A DNA stretch of 37,080 bases from an uncultured Gemmatimonadaceae bacterium (GTDB lineage Bacteria > Gemmatimonadota > Gemmatimonadetes > Gemmatimonadales > Gemmatimonadaceae), in contig CAWGJO010000028.1 of the NCBI GenBank assembly GCA_963822945.1, positions 1 to 37,080 on the forward strand, given 5' to 3'. The notes under the pieces were generated by a model. It was not told the origin of the DNA. It searched no databases and worked only from the letters and a program-made list of their open reading frames with translations. Both the position numbers and the translations under genes were made by a program. Within the stretch, counting starts at the first letter, position 1; every line of letters starts with the position of its first letter. This document shows, piece by piece, positions 22,216 through 29,720 of the stretch.

Positions 22216-22265
22216 GGCCGGCGCCTTGTGCGTCCGGCCGGCCGGTTGCATGGTAGGGCACTCCC

Positions 22266-23087
22266 ATGCGCTTTCACGAACTCGCATCGCGCGCCCTCGG
22301 CGCCGGCCTGTCGGGGCTTCTCGTTCCGGCGCTCCTGAGCGCGCAGGGCACGGCGCAGTTCCGCGGACACGTCACCGATTCGCTGGGCACTCCCCTTGCC
22401 GGCGTCAACGTGGCGGTCGTGGAAGCGGGGCGGGCCACGCGCACCGACAGCGCGGGGTCGTTCGTATTTCGCGAGCTTCCGCCGGGCAGCTACCACATCA
22501 CGCTCCGGCGTCCCGGTTTCGGCCCCATTTCCGGCGGTGGCCGGTTCGCCGCGGGCGATTCCATCGACATGCGCTTCCGCATGCGCCGTCTGGCGGTGGC
22601 GCTCGACACCGTCCGTATCGACACCACCGGGATGACCAGCGAGTGGCAGCAGGAGTTCGAGAAGCGGCGAGCCGCCGGGTTCGGCACCTTCCTGACGACC
22701 AAGGACTACTGGTATCGCGACGGCACCAGGCTCAGCGACATCATCAAGTCGAAGGTGAGCGGCATGGAGCTGGTGCGGTGGAACGGGCACGTGTTCGCCT
22801 GGGGCACGCATGCGGCCAAGTTTCCCTGCGGCCCGCCGTACGGTGACCCGTGCAAGGGCGGCTGGCCCGATCACTGCTACATGCAAGTCTATCTCGACGG
22901 CACGTTGCAGTACTCGTACGCCGAGGGCAACGGCAACCAGCCGTTCGACCTCGATACCTTCACGCCGGGACAGATCGCCGCCATCGAGGTCTACGTCGGC
23001 GCCGCCGATACGCCGCGCCAGTTCGCCGGCAACGGCGCGTCGTGCGGCACCATCGTGCTCTGGACGCACGCCACGCTGGGCGGATAG
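22266..23087 (+). CDS. Exported protein with carboxypeptidase-regulatory-like domain and TonB-receptor plug-like C-terminal domain
   Basis: Signal peptide; G.VTDSLG.PLAGVNV, TDSAGSF...LPPGSY; FEKRR..GFG.F; VYLDG...IAAIEVY.G...CGTIVLWT; no barrel follows. Confidence 0.75.
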   Translation: MRFHELASRALGAGLSGLLVPALLSAQGTAQFRGHVTDSLGTPLAGVNVAVVEAGRATRTDSAGSFVFRELPPGSYHITLRRPGFGPISGGGRFAAGDSIDMRFRMRRLAVALDTVRIDTTGMTSEWQQEFEKRRAAGFGTFLTTKDYWYRDGTRLSDIIKSKVSGMELVRWNGHVFAWGTHAAKFPCGPPYGDPCKGGWPDHCYMQVYLDGTLQYSYAEGNGNQPFDLDTFTPGQIAAIEVYVGAADTPRQFAGNGASCGTIVLWTHATLGG

Positions 23088-23132
23088 CGGAAGCGGACGG
23101 TCCATCGGCGCCAGCGGGCGCCGCGACTGCGT

Positions 23133-23801
23133 CTACACGCGTCCTTCGATCCGCGCCAGCAGTTCCGTGAACGACCCGACCACGAAGTCGGCCGCCTCCA
23201 ACACCGGCGCGCGATGGGTGAAGCCGGTGTACGCCGCGAAGGTGTCGGCCTGGCCGGCGCGCTTCATCTCGACGTCGGTGCTGCCATCGCCCACGGCCAG
23301 CAGCGGATGCGGCAACGCGAGCGTCTTCACGAGCGTGGCCTTCCCGGTCTGCGTGGCCAGCAGCGATGTGCGGTCGAATCCGGCATAGCTGCCGCGGTCG
23401 GTCCACTTCAGCGGCACGGCGTGCACGTCCGATTCCGCGATTCCGATGCCGGTGCAGAACGGCGCCACCGCGTCGCGCAGTCCGCCGCTCACGGCCAGCA
23501 CGCGCACCCGGGACTTCACCAGCGCCGCGATCACGGATCGCGCATCCGGCGCCACGGCGTCGCGGTATGCCTCGGCCAGCTCCCGGAGTTCGATCCGCGT
23601 GGGCGCGACGCGCTCCAGCCGCACGGCGTACGCGTCCTCGATGGGCAGCTCGCCCGCCATCACGCGTTCGGTGAGTCCCATCACCCAGGCCGCCGTCTCG
23701 GGATCGCGCCGCGCCGCCAGCCAATCGATGCCCTCGATGCCGGTGAGCGTGGAGTCGACGTCGAAGACGACGGTGCGATACGCAAGCGCCGGCGCGCTCA
23801 C
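23133..23801 (-). CDS. serB: HAD-IB phosphatase, phosphoserine phosphatase-like
   Basis: FDVDSTL (DxDST), VSGG, K and GDGSTD motifs. The GTG start overlaps the upstream stop (GTGA), and the gene lies in an operon with serA. Confidence 0.8.
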   Translation of the reverse strand: MSAPALAYRTVVFDVDSTLTGIEGIDWLAARRDPETAAWVMGLTERVMAGELPIEDAYAVRLERVAPTRIELRELAEAYRDAVAPDARSVIAALVKSRVRVLAVSGGLRDAVAPFCTGIGIAESDVHAVPLKWTDRGSYAGFDRTSLLATQTGKATLVKTLALPHPLLAVGDGSTDVEMKRAGQADTFAAYTGFTHRAPVLEAADFVVGSFTELLARIEGRV

Positions 23802-25180
23802 AGGATGTTCCCCGGCGCGAAGATCCCGTCGGGATCCAACGCGGTCTTCAGGGCGCGCATCACGTCCATCTGCATGCCCGAGAGTTGCAGCGGCAGCCAC
23901 CGCGTCTTGAGCTTGCCGATGCCGTGCTCGGCCGAAACCGTGCCGCCCATCGCGATCACGTCGCGCAGTGTCTGCTCCACCACGGCCTCCATCCGTCGAA
24001 CGTCCTCGGGATCGCGCGCCACGAAGTTCTGGTGCGGATGCCCGTTCCCCAGATGCCCGTACACGATCCCCGGTGGAATGCCCGCTTCCCGCGCATGCCG
24101 GCGGGCCATGGCCACGGCCGCGGCCGCCAGAGGATAGGGCACCGCCCAGTCGGTGGACACGCGGCGACCGCCGGATGCGAGATACGGCGCCACGCGCTCG
24201 TGCATCGTCGCCGGTACCGCGTGCCGGAGACGACGCGCTTCCCGGATGGCCGCGTCCCCCTCGAACACCCGAATGTCGGCCTCGTTCCCCCCGAACCGCC
24301 CGGCGAGTTCGAGCCACGCGTCGAGCGGCGGCTCGCTGCCGTCGGTGGTCTCCTCCACGTACACCATCGCTCCCGAACCCGCTGCCCACGACGCCGACTC
24401 CGCTTGGCCGCGGACGATGGCAAACGACTCCGCGTCGAAGTACTCCAGGCAACGCGGTCGGACCGCACGCGACTCGCGCGCGGCGACGATGAACGCCAGC
24501 GCCCGGGCTTCGTCCGGCAGCGGGATGGCCAGCCCCACCTCGCGGGCCGGCCGCTCGAGCAGCGCCAGCTCGGCTTCCACCACGATGCCGAGCGTGCCCT
24601 CGCTGCCCACGAACCAGTCCACCGGGTCCTGAACGGGGAACAGCCCGGCCGTGTTCTTCTCCACGGCTGGGCGGCGCACCTCGATCGTGGATCCGTCGGC
24701 CGTCACCACGGTGAGCGCCCGCACATGGGCGCGCGTGGGGCCGTAGCGCAGCGTGCGTGGACCTGACGCATTGCAGGCCACGGCGCCGCCCACGGTGCAC
24801 TCCTGATCGCTCGTCGGGTCGGGCGCAAAGAACAACCCGTGCGGCGCGAGCGCGCGCTGCAGGTCGCCGAGCAGCACCCCCGGTTCCACGCGCACGGTGC
24901 GCGCGCGTTCGTCCACGTCCATCACGCGCGCCATGCCGCGTGTGGAGAGCAGGATGCCGCGGTCGGTGATCGACGCGCCGGTGGTGCTGGTCTGCGATCC
25001 GGCCGCGGTGACGGGCGTGCGGTCGGCCGCGGCGCGTCGCACGATCTCCGCGACCTCGGCAGCGGAGCTCGGGCGCGCCACGGCGTCGGGGACGCGCCAC
25101 AGCCCCGACGCATCGCGGGCGTGCGCCTCGCGCACCGACCGGTCGTGGGCGAGCGCCGGCGCTCCCGCGGTATCAGCCAT
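23798..25180 (-). CDS. FAD-binding oxidoreductase of the GlcD / D-lactate / D-2-hydroxyglutarate dehydrogenase family
   Basis: CTVGGAVACNASG, GSEGTLG, YGHLGNGHPH, SAEHGIG, LDPDGIFAPG; ATG 25180 overlaps the serA stop. Confidence 0.88.
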   Translation of the reverse strand: MADTAGAPALAHDRSVREAHARDASGLWRVPDAVARPSSAAEVAEIVRRAAADRTPVTAAGSQTSTTGASITDRGILLSTRGMARVMDVDERARTVRVEPGVLLGDLQRALAPHGLFFAPDPTSDQECTVGGAVACNASGPRTLRYGPTRAHVRALTVVTADGSTIEVRRPAVEKNTAGLFPVQDPVDWFVGSEGTLGIVVEAELALLERPAREVGLAIPLPDEARALAFIVAARESRAVRPRCLEYFDAESFAIVRGQAESASWAAGSGAMVYVEETTDGSEPPLDAWLELAGRFGGNEADIRVFEGDAAIREARRLRHAVPATMHERVAPYLASGGRRVSTDWAVPYPLAAAAVAMARRHAREAGIPPGIVYGHLGNGHPHQNFVARDPEDVRRMEAVVEQTLRDVIAMGGTVSAEHGIGKLKTRWLPLQLSGMQMDVMRALKTALDPDGIFAPGNIL

Positions 25181-26799
25181 TGTCGGCAAACTGCACCACG
25201 GTGGCGGCGTTGACGTCGGGCAGCGCGAGCAGTGCGCGGCGCACGGGCTCGGTGACGGTGCCGTCGATGGAGATCACGGCCAACGCCTCGGCGCCCTGCG
25301 CCAGGCGCGCCTGGTGGTACTCGGCGATGTTCACCCCGGCGGCGCCGAGCGCGGTGCCCACGTGCCCGATCACGCCCGGCACGTCGCGGTTGCGGAGCAC
25401 GATGAGCGTGCCGCGCGGCGCGACGTCCACGTGGAAGGCGCCGATGCGCGTGAATCGCGGCGGGGCATCCAGCGCGGCCACCCCGCCCACCCGCATCTCG
25501 TCGCCGTCGGCCGAGAGGCGCACCTCCACGGCGCGGGCGTGCGGCGGCACCCCCGTCTCGGCGTACTGCAGTTCGATGCCGCGCGACTGCGCCACGGCGC
25601 GCGCGTTGATGATGTTGAGCCGTTCGCGCTCGACCACGCCTTCAAGTGCGCCGAGCGCCGCGGCGGCGAGCAGCGGGCCGCGGCCGGGGGCGAGTTCCGC
25701 GCCCAGCCGCACCGTGACCGACGAGATGGCGCGCGCGCCCCGTTCGGCCAGCAGGGCACGCGCCACGGCTGCCGAACGCCGGATGAGCAGCATGGCGGGC
25801 TGCAGCGCCTGCCAGTCGCCGCCCGCTTCGGCCACGTTCAGCGAGCGGGAGTACTCGTCGTTGAGCAGCGCGTCGCGCACCGCCGCGCAGGCGTCCACCG
25901 CCACGTTCCGCTGCGCCTCTTCGGTGCTCGCGCCCAGGTGGGGCGTGAGCAGCATGTGTGGCGCGCGGCGGAACGGATGGTCGTCGCGCAGCGGTTCCCT
26001 GGTGTAGGCATCCACGCACGCGCCGGCCAGGTGTCCGGAGACGAGCGCGTCGGCGAGCGCCTGTTCGTCCACGATGCCCCCGCGCGCCAGGTTGCAGACG
26101 ATGGCGCCCTCGCGGAGGCGGGCCAACTGCTCGGGGCCGATCATGCCCCGGGTCTCGTCGGTGAGCGGCGTGTGCACGGTGAGCACGTCGCAGCTGTCGA
26201 GCAGCACGTCGAGCGTGGTGCAGCGCTTCACCTGCAGGCTGTCGAAGCGTTCCTGCGAGATGTAGGGGTCGTAGCCGAGTACGGGCATCCCGAACGCGCG
26301 GGCGCGCACCGACACCTCGCCGCCGATGCGGCCCACGCCGACGATGCCGAGCGTTCGGCCCTTGATCTCACGGCCGAGGAGCTGCGAGCGCTCCCAGCGT
26401 CCCTCGTGCACCGATTGGTCGGCGCGCGGCACGTGGCGCAACAGGCCGATGAGCGTGGCGAAGAACAGTTCGGCCACGGCCACCGTATTGCCGGCCGGCG
26501 CGTTGATCACCGCGATGCCGAGCGCGGTGGCGGCGTCCATGTCCACGTTGTCCACGCCCACGCCGGCGCGGCCGACCACGCGGAGCCGCGTGCCCGCGCG
26601 CAGCAGCGGTTCGGAGATGCGGGTGGCGCTGCGGCCGACGATGGCGTCGTAGTCGCCGATGCGCGGCCAGCAGCTCCTGCTCCGGCAGTGTCGGCAACAC
26701 GTCCACGCTGAAGTCGGACACCGCCTGGAGCAGGGCGACGCCTTCGGGGTCGACCTCGTCGGTCACGAGAATGCGGAAGGGCATCGAGCGCGGCGGCAT
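25173..26799 (-). CDS. serA: D-3-phosphoglycerate dehydrogenase (long form with ASB and ACT domains); frameshift at ~26666
   Basis: FRILVTDEVDPEG.../IGDYDAIVGRSAT..., GRAGVGVDNVD, NAPAGNT, GVGRIG, NLARGGIVDE, TPHLGASTEEAQ, ACT domain NRDVPGVIG..G..LG..GVNIA. Start is ATG 26799 or 26784. Confidence 0.92.
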
Positions 26800-26821
26800 G
26801 GAGTTGGAAACTATTGCCAAG

Positions 26822-26894
26822 CTGGGGCGGGAGGACTCGAACCTCCAACTTCCTGATTAACAGTCAGGCGGTCTGCCAGTTGACCTACGCCCCA
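26822..26894 (-). tRNA. tRNA-Asn (anticodon GTT), CCA not encoded
   Basis: Full 73-nt cloverleaf: TGGGGCG TA GGTC AACTGGCA GACC G CCTGA CTGTTAA TCAGG AAGTT GGAGG TTCGAGT CCTCC CGCCCCA G. Confidence 0.97.
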
Positions 26895-26917
26895 TCGGTC
26901 GTACGAAACCTGCGGTC

Positions 26918-26954
26918 AAACAAAAAGCGCCCACCGGTGGATCTGGCGGGCGCT
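26918..26954 (-). terminator. Intrinsic terminator (attenuator) located upstream of tRNA-Asn
   Basis: Minus strand AGCGCCCGCC-AGATCCACC-GGTGGGCGCT then TTTTGTTT; 10-bp stem with one G:U; ends 23 nt before the tRNA 5' end. Confidence 0.85.
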
Positions 26955-26992
26955 GGCGTATCGGATGAACCGCGTGCGCGCTAACCAGACCC
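26939..26992 (-). promoter_or_regulatory. Antiterminator helix competing with the terminator
   Basis: GGGUCUGGU (26992-26984) pairs with GCCAGAUCC (26947-26939), and GCGC (26981-26978) pairs with GCGC (26953-26950). This sequesters the terminator 5' arm and loop. Confidence 0.75.
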
Positions 26993-27046
26993 CTTGGGGG
27001 AGGCCCAATTATTCCGATTGTTGGAATTGCGGCGAATGCGGATCAT
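26981..27046 (-). CDS. Asn-rich attenuator leader peptide, 21 aa (MIRIRRNSNNRNNWASPKGSG)
   Basis: ATG ATC CGC ATT CGC CGC AAT TCC AAC AAT CGG AAT AAT TGG GCC TCC CCC AAG GGG TCT GGT TAG. Five Asn in codons 7-13; lies between a promoter and a terminator upstream of tRNA-Asn. SD is weak (GAGCAGAG). Confidence 0.8.
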   Translation of the reverse strand: MIRIRRNSNNRNNWASPKGSG

Positions 27047-27085
27047 GATCTCTGCTCGTTGGTGATGGTGCAGCCTGCGGACCGG

Positions 27086-27115
27086 AGGATACGCCGGGCC
27101 GGCGGGTGCTGTCAA
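27086..27115 (-). promoter_or_regulatory. sigma70-type promoter for the leader-tRNA-Asn unit
   Basis: TTGACA (27115-27110), N18, TATCCT (27091-27086), then a GC-rich discriminator CCGGTCC; predicted start ~27079. Confidence 0.75.
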
Positions 27116-27184
27116 CCCGTGTGCGTTGCAGTGTCGACCCGCCGGCACCGGGACTTGAGCGTCCCGGCGCCGCGGGCCGCACGT

Positions 27185-29122
27185 TCACCGCTCGCCCGCC
27201 AACACCTGAATCTGCAGCCCGCTCGCGTGCCCGGGCTCGTGGTAGATGCGGTCGGTGGCCGTGACGAAGTCGCTCGCCTTGGCCTGGTAGATGTTCGGCA
27301 CGAAGGTCTGCGGGTTCCGGTCGAACGCCGGGAACCAGGAACTCTGCACCTGGATCATGATCCGGTGGCCCTTCCTGAACGTGTGCAGCACGTCCTGCAG
27401 ACGGAACCGTACCTCCGTGACCTTGCCGGGGGTGAAGGGCTCGGGCTTGTCGAACCCGTTGCGGTAGCGGCCGCGCATGATCTCGCCGCGCACGAGCTGC
27501 TGGTAGCCGGCGTAGTGCACGGTGGTGTCGGGGCGGTAGGGGCTGTCGGGCTCGCCCATGGGGTACACGTCGATGAGCTTGACCACGTAGTCGGCGTCGG
27601 TGCCCGTGGTGCTCACCCAGAGCTTGGCCGTCATCTCGCCGCCCAGCGTCACGTCCTGCGGCAGGCTGTCGGTCTCGTACGTGACCACGTCGCGGCGCTC
27701 GTCGAAGCAGCGCTGGTCGTCGCTCATGTACTGGTACATGGTGAGCCCCTGAATGGTGGGGATGCGGCAGCGGCTCGGCACCGGGTGCGCGGGGTCGCTC
27801 ACGTACTCGTCGTACGCCGCGCCGCTCGTGGGCGCCGCGAAGCCCAGCTTGCCGCCGGGCTGCAGATAGAGCTCGCGGATGGTGGCGGCCTTCGGCGGCC
27901 AGGCCGCGTACGACTTCCACGCCTTCTCGCCGGTGTTGAAGATGAGCGCGTTGGGAAGCCCCACCGCGCCCTTGCCGCCGTCCTTGAGGAAGTGGTGGAA
28001 GAACTTCGACTCGACGTCGCGCTGGAACTTGGTCTCCAGCGAATCGCCGAAGTAGATGTCGCCGTGCACCGTGTGCACCACGCCGGTGCGCGACCAGCCG
28101 CCGTGCCGGAACGGCCCCTCGACGAGGCCGGTGTAGCGATCGGGGTGTGTGGCATTCACCGACCGGAACACCTGCAGGGGGCCGTACAGGTCCTCGGCGT
28201 CGAACCAGCCGCCGACGATCAGCATGTTCGGCATGTGATGGCCGGCGATGTCCGGTCCCACGGCGCGCGCCTTCCAGAACGCGTCGTAGTCGGGATGCTG
28301 GACGATCTCCTGCCAGAAGAAGTTGTTCTTGTAGTAGCGCTCGGTGGTGGTGGACAGGGGGCCGAGCCCGAGCTGGAAGTCGTAGTCGTCGGGCAGACCC
28401 GCCCGCACCATGCCCTTGGCCCACCAGGCGTCGGGGGTGGGCGCCGCGTGCTGGATGCCGAACAGCGGGTACGTATAGAAGTACGCCTGCGTGAGCGCGC
28501 CGTTGTGGTGGAAATCCTCGAAGTAGAAGTTGGTGACCGGCGCCTGCGGCGACGCCGCCACCAGCGCCGGATGACCCGAGAGCGCGCCCATGGTGGTGTA
28601 GAAGCCGGGGTACGAGATCCCCCACTGCCCAACGAGACCGTTGTTGTCGGGAATGTGCTTCAGCAGCCAGTCGATGGTGTCGTAGGTATCCGACGCTTCA
28701 TCGACCTTGGTGTGGTCGCGCGCCTTGATGGAGTCGGGGATGAACGGCCGCACGTTCACGAACGTGCCCTCCGACATGTACCGGCCGCGCACGTCCTGGT
28801 ACACGAAGATGTACTTGTCATGCAGCATGAACGGGTCGGGGCCGAGCCGGGACGGGTACTGGTCGGGGCCGTAGGGCGCCACCGAGTAGCAGGTGCGCTC
28901 CATCACCATCGGGTAGGTGTGCGTGGGCGACGCATCCTTGGGCACGTAGACGATGGTGAACAGCTGCACCCCGTCGCGCATGGGGATGCGGTACTCGTGC
29001 TTGGTATAGTTGAGCTGGATGAACGCCGCGTCGGACTGCTGGGCGTTGGCGGGTACGGGAGCCGCGGCGGCGCAGAGGGCGGCCAGGCCGGCGGCAACGG
29101 AGAGGGTGCGAAGTGTCTTCAT
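27185..29122 (-). CDS. CocE/NonD family serine hydrolase (alpha-amino acid ester hydrolase / glutaryl-7-ACA acylase-like), secreted
   Basis: Signal peptide ...PANA-QQ; IPMRDGVQL, QDVRGRYMSEG, DTYDTIDWL, WGISYPG nucleophile, GGWFDAED, GPFRHGGW, QVQSSWFP. Confidence 0.92.
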   Translation of the reverse strand: MKTLRTLSVAAGLAALCAAAAPVPANAQQSDAAFIQLNYTKHEYRIPMRDGVQLFTIVYVPKDASPTHTYPMVMERTCYSVAPYGPDQYPSRLGPDPFMLHDKYIFVYQDVRGRYMSEGTFVNVRPFIPDSIKARDHTKVDEASDTYDTIDWLLKHIPDNNGLVGQWGISYPGFYTTMGALSGHPALVAASPQAPVTNFYFEDFHHNGALTQAYFYTYPLFGIQHAAPTPDAWWAKGMVRAGLPDDYDFQLGLGPLSTTTERYYKNNFFWQEIVQHPDYDAFWKARAVGPDIAGHHMPNMLIVGGWFDAEDLYGPLQVFRSVNATHPDRYTGLVEGPFRHGGWSRTGVVHTVHGDIYFGDSLETKFQRDVESKFFHHFLKDGGKGAVGLPNALIFNTGEKAWKSYAAWPPKAATIRELYLQPGGKLGFAAPTSGAAYDEYVSDPAHPVPSRCRIPTIQGLTMYQYMSDDQRCFDERRDVVTYETDSLPQDVTLGGEMTAKLWVSTTGTDADYVVKLIDVYPMGEPDSPYRPDTTVHYAGYQQLVRGEIMRGRYRNGFDKPEPFTPGKVTEVRFRLQDVLHTFRKGHRIMIQVQSSWFPAFDRNPQTFVPNIYQAKASDFVTATDRIYHEPGHASGLQIQVLAGER

Positions 29123-29436
29123 GGGTGGCAACATGAGCCCCGTCCCCGGCCGCTCGCCAGAGGGAAGGGGGAAGTTCCGGGACGGCTGGAACCGTCCGGA
29201 AATAGATGACGCGTCAATCGTTTCATTCGTTTATCGGTATGCGAGAAAGAGCCCCTACACGCGCAAGAGGGAATTTCCGCAAAGATTTCAGGGTTTCCAG
29301 TCTGGGCAACCTCTGGCGCAAATCCCACCTTCAGTCCAGACGCGCGCGACTAGGCGTCGTGGCAAGTGCCGGCACATTGAGCAGCCTGACCTGAGTTTCC
29401 GATCACGCACGCTCAGAACGCCAGCGGGAGGAGAAG

Positions 29437-29619
29437 ATGGGAGCGGTCGCCTTGATTGTAGTGCTGGCGGGAATGGTCGTCCCCATCGTGCTGTTGCTCG
29501 GCACGGTGTTGTTCGACGTCGGTGTGATTGCGTGGGCCGGCTACCGGCTGTGGCATGATCACTGGACGCGGATGATCCGGAACCGGGTCACCCACAGCAT
29601 GGGCGGACAACACGCCTGA
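29437..29619 (+). CDS. Small hypothetical membrane protein (60 aa)
   Basis: Strong RBS GGGAGGAG, long hydrophobic N-terminal stretch, basic tail, followed by a hairpin; lies in intergenic space. Confidence 0.6.
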   Translation: MGAVALIVVLAGMVVPIVLLLGTVLFDVGVIAWAGYRLWHDHWTRMIRNRVTHSMGGQHA

Positions 29620-29663
29620 GCGCGCAGGAACGCACGACCGGGACTGATTCCCCCTCCGCACGC

Positions 29664-29698
29664 CAAACGGGGCCACGCGAACAGCGTGGCCCCGTTTG
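29664..29698. terminator. Probable bidirectional terminator
   Basis: CAAACGGGGCCACGC-GAACA-GCGTGGCCCCGTTTG, a perfect 15-bp inverted repeat with AAA/TTT ends between convergent genes. Confidence 0.75.
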
Positions 29699-29720
29699 AC
29701 GTTCTGGTGCTCCTGCCCGA

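Noticed and set aside
23133..25100. 655-aa ORF suggesting a long N-terminal extension on the HAD phosphatase
   Set aside because: The extension is an alternate frame of the FAD oxidoreductase; the likely start is the GTG at 23801 overlapping the upstream stop.
26800..26900. tRNA-Asn as a prophage or island integration site
   Set aside because: No integrase, no duplicated tRNA 3' end seen in the window, and no composition shift in the flanking genes.
26895..27080. T-box riboswitch as the explanation for the terminator upstream of the tRNA
   Set aside because: No T-box consensus (AAnnnGGGTGGnACCGCG-like) before the terminator and no Stem I motifs; the Asn-rich uORF explains the layout better.
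27009..28625. 538-aa minus-strand ORF ending inside the leader region
   Set aside because: An alternate frame of the CocE gene with no recognisable motifs; it would run through the tRNA promoter.
29185..29330. Possible ECF (GGAAC...GTCAA) or sigma54 (TGGCGC) promoter motifs
   Set aside because: The ECF spacing is too long, and there is no TTGC at the sigma54 -12 position.
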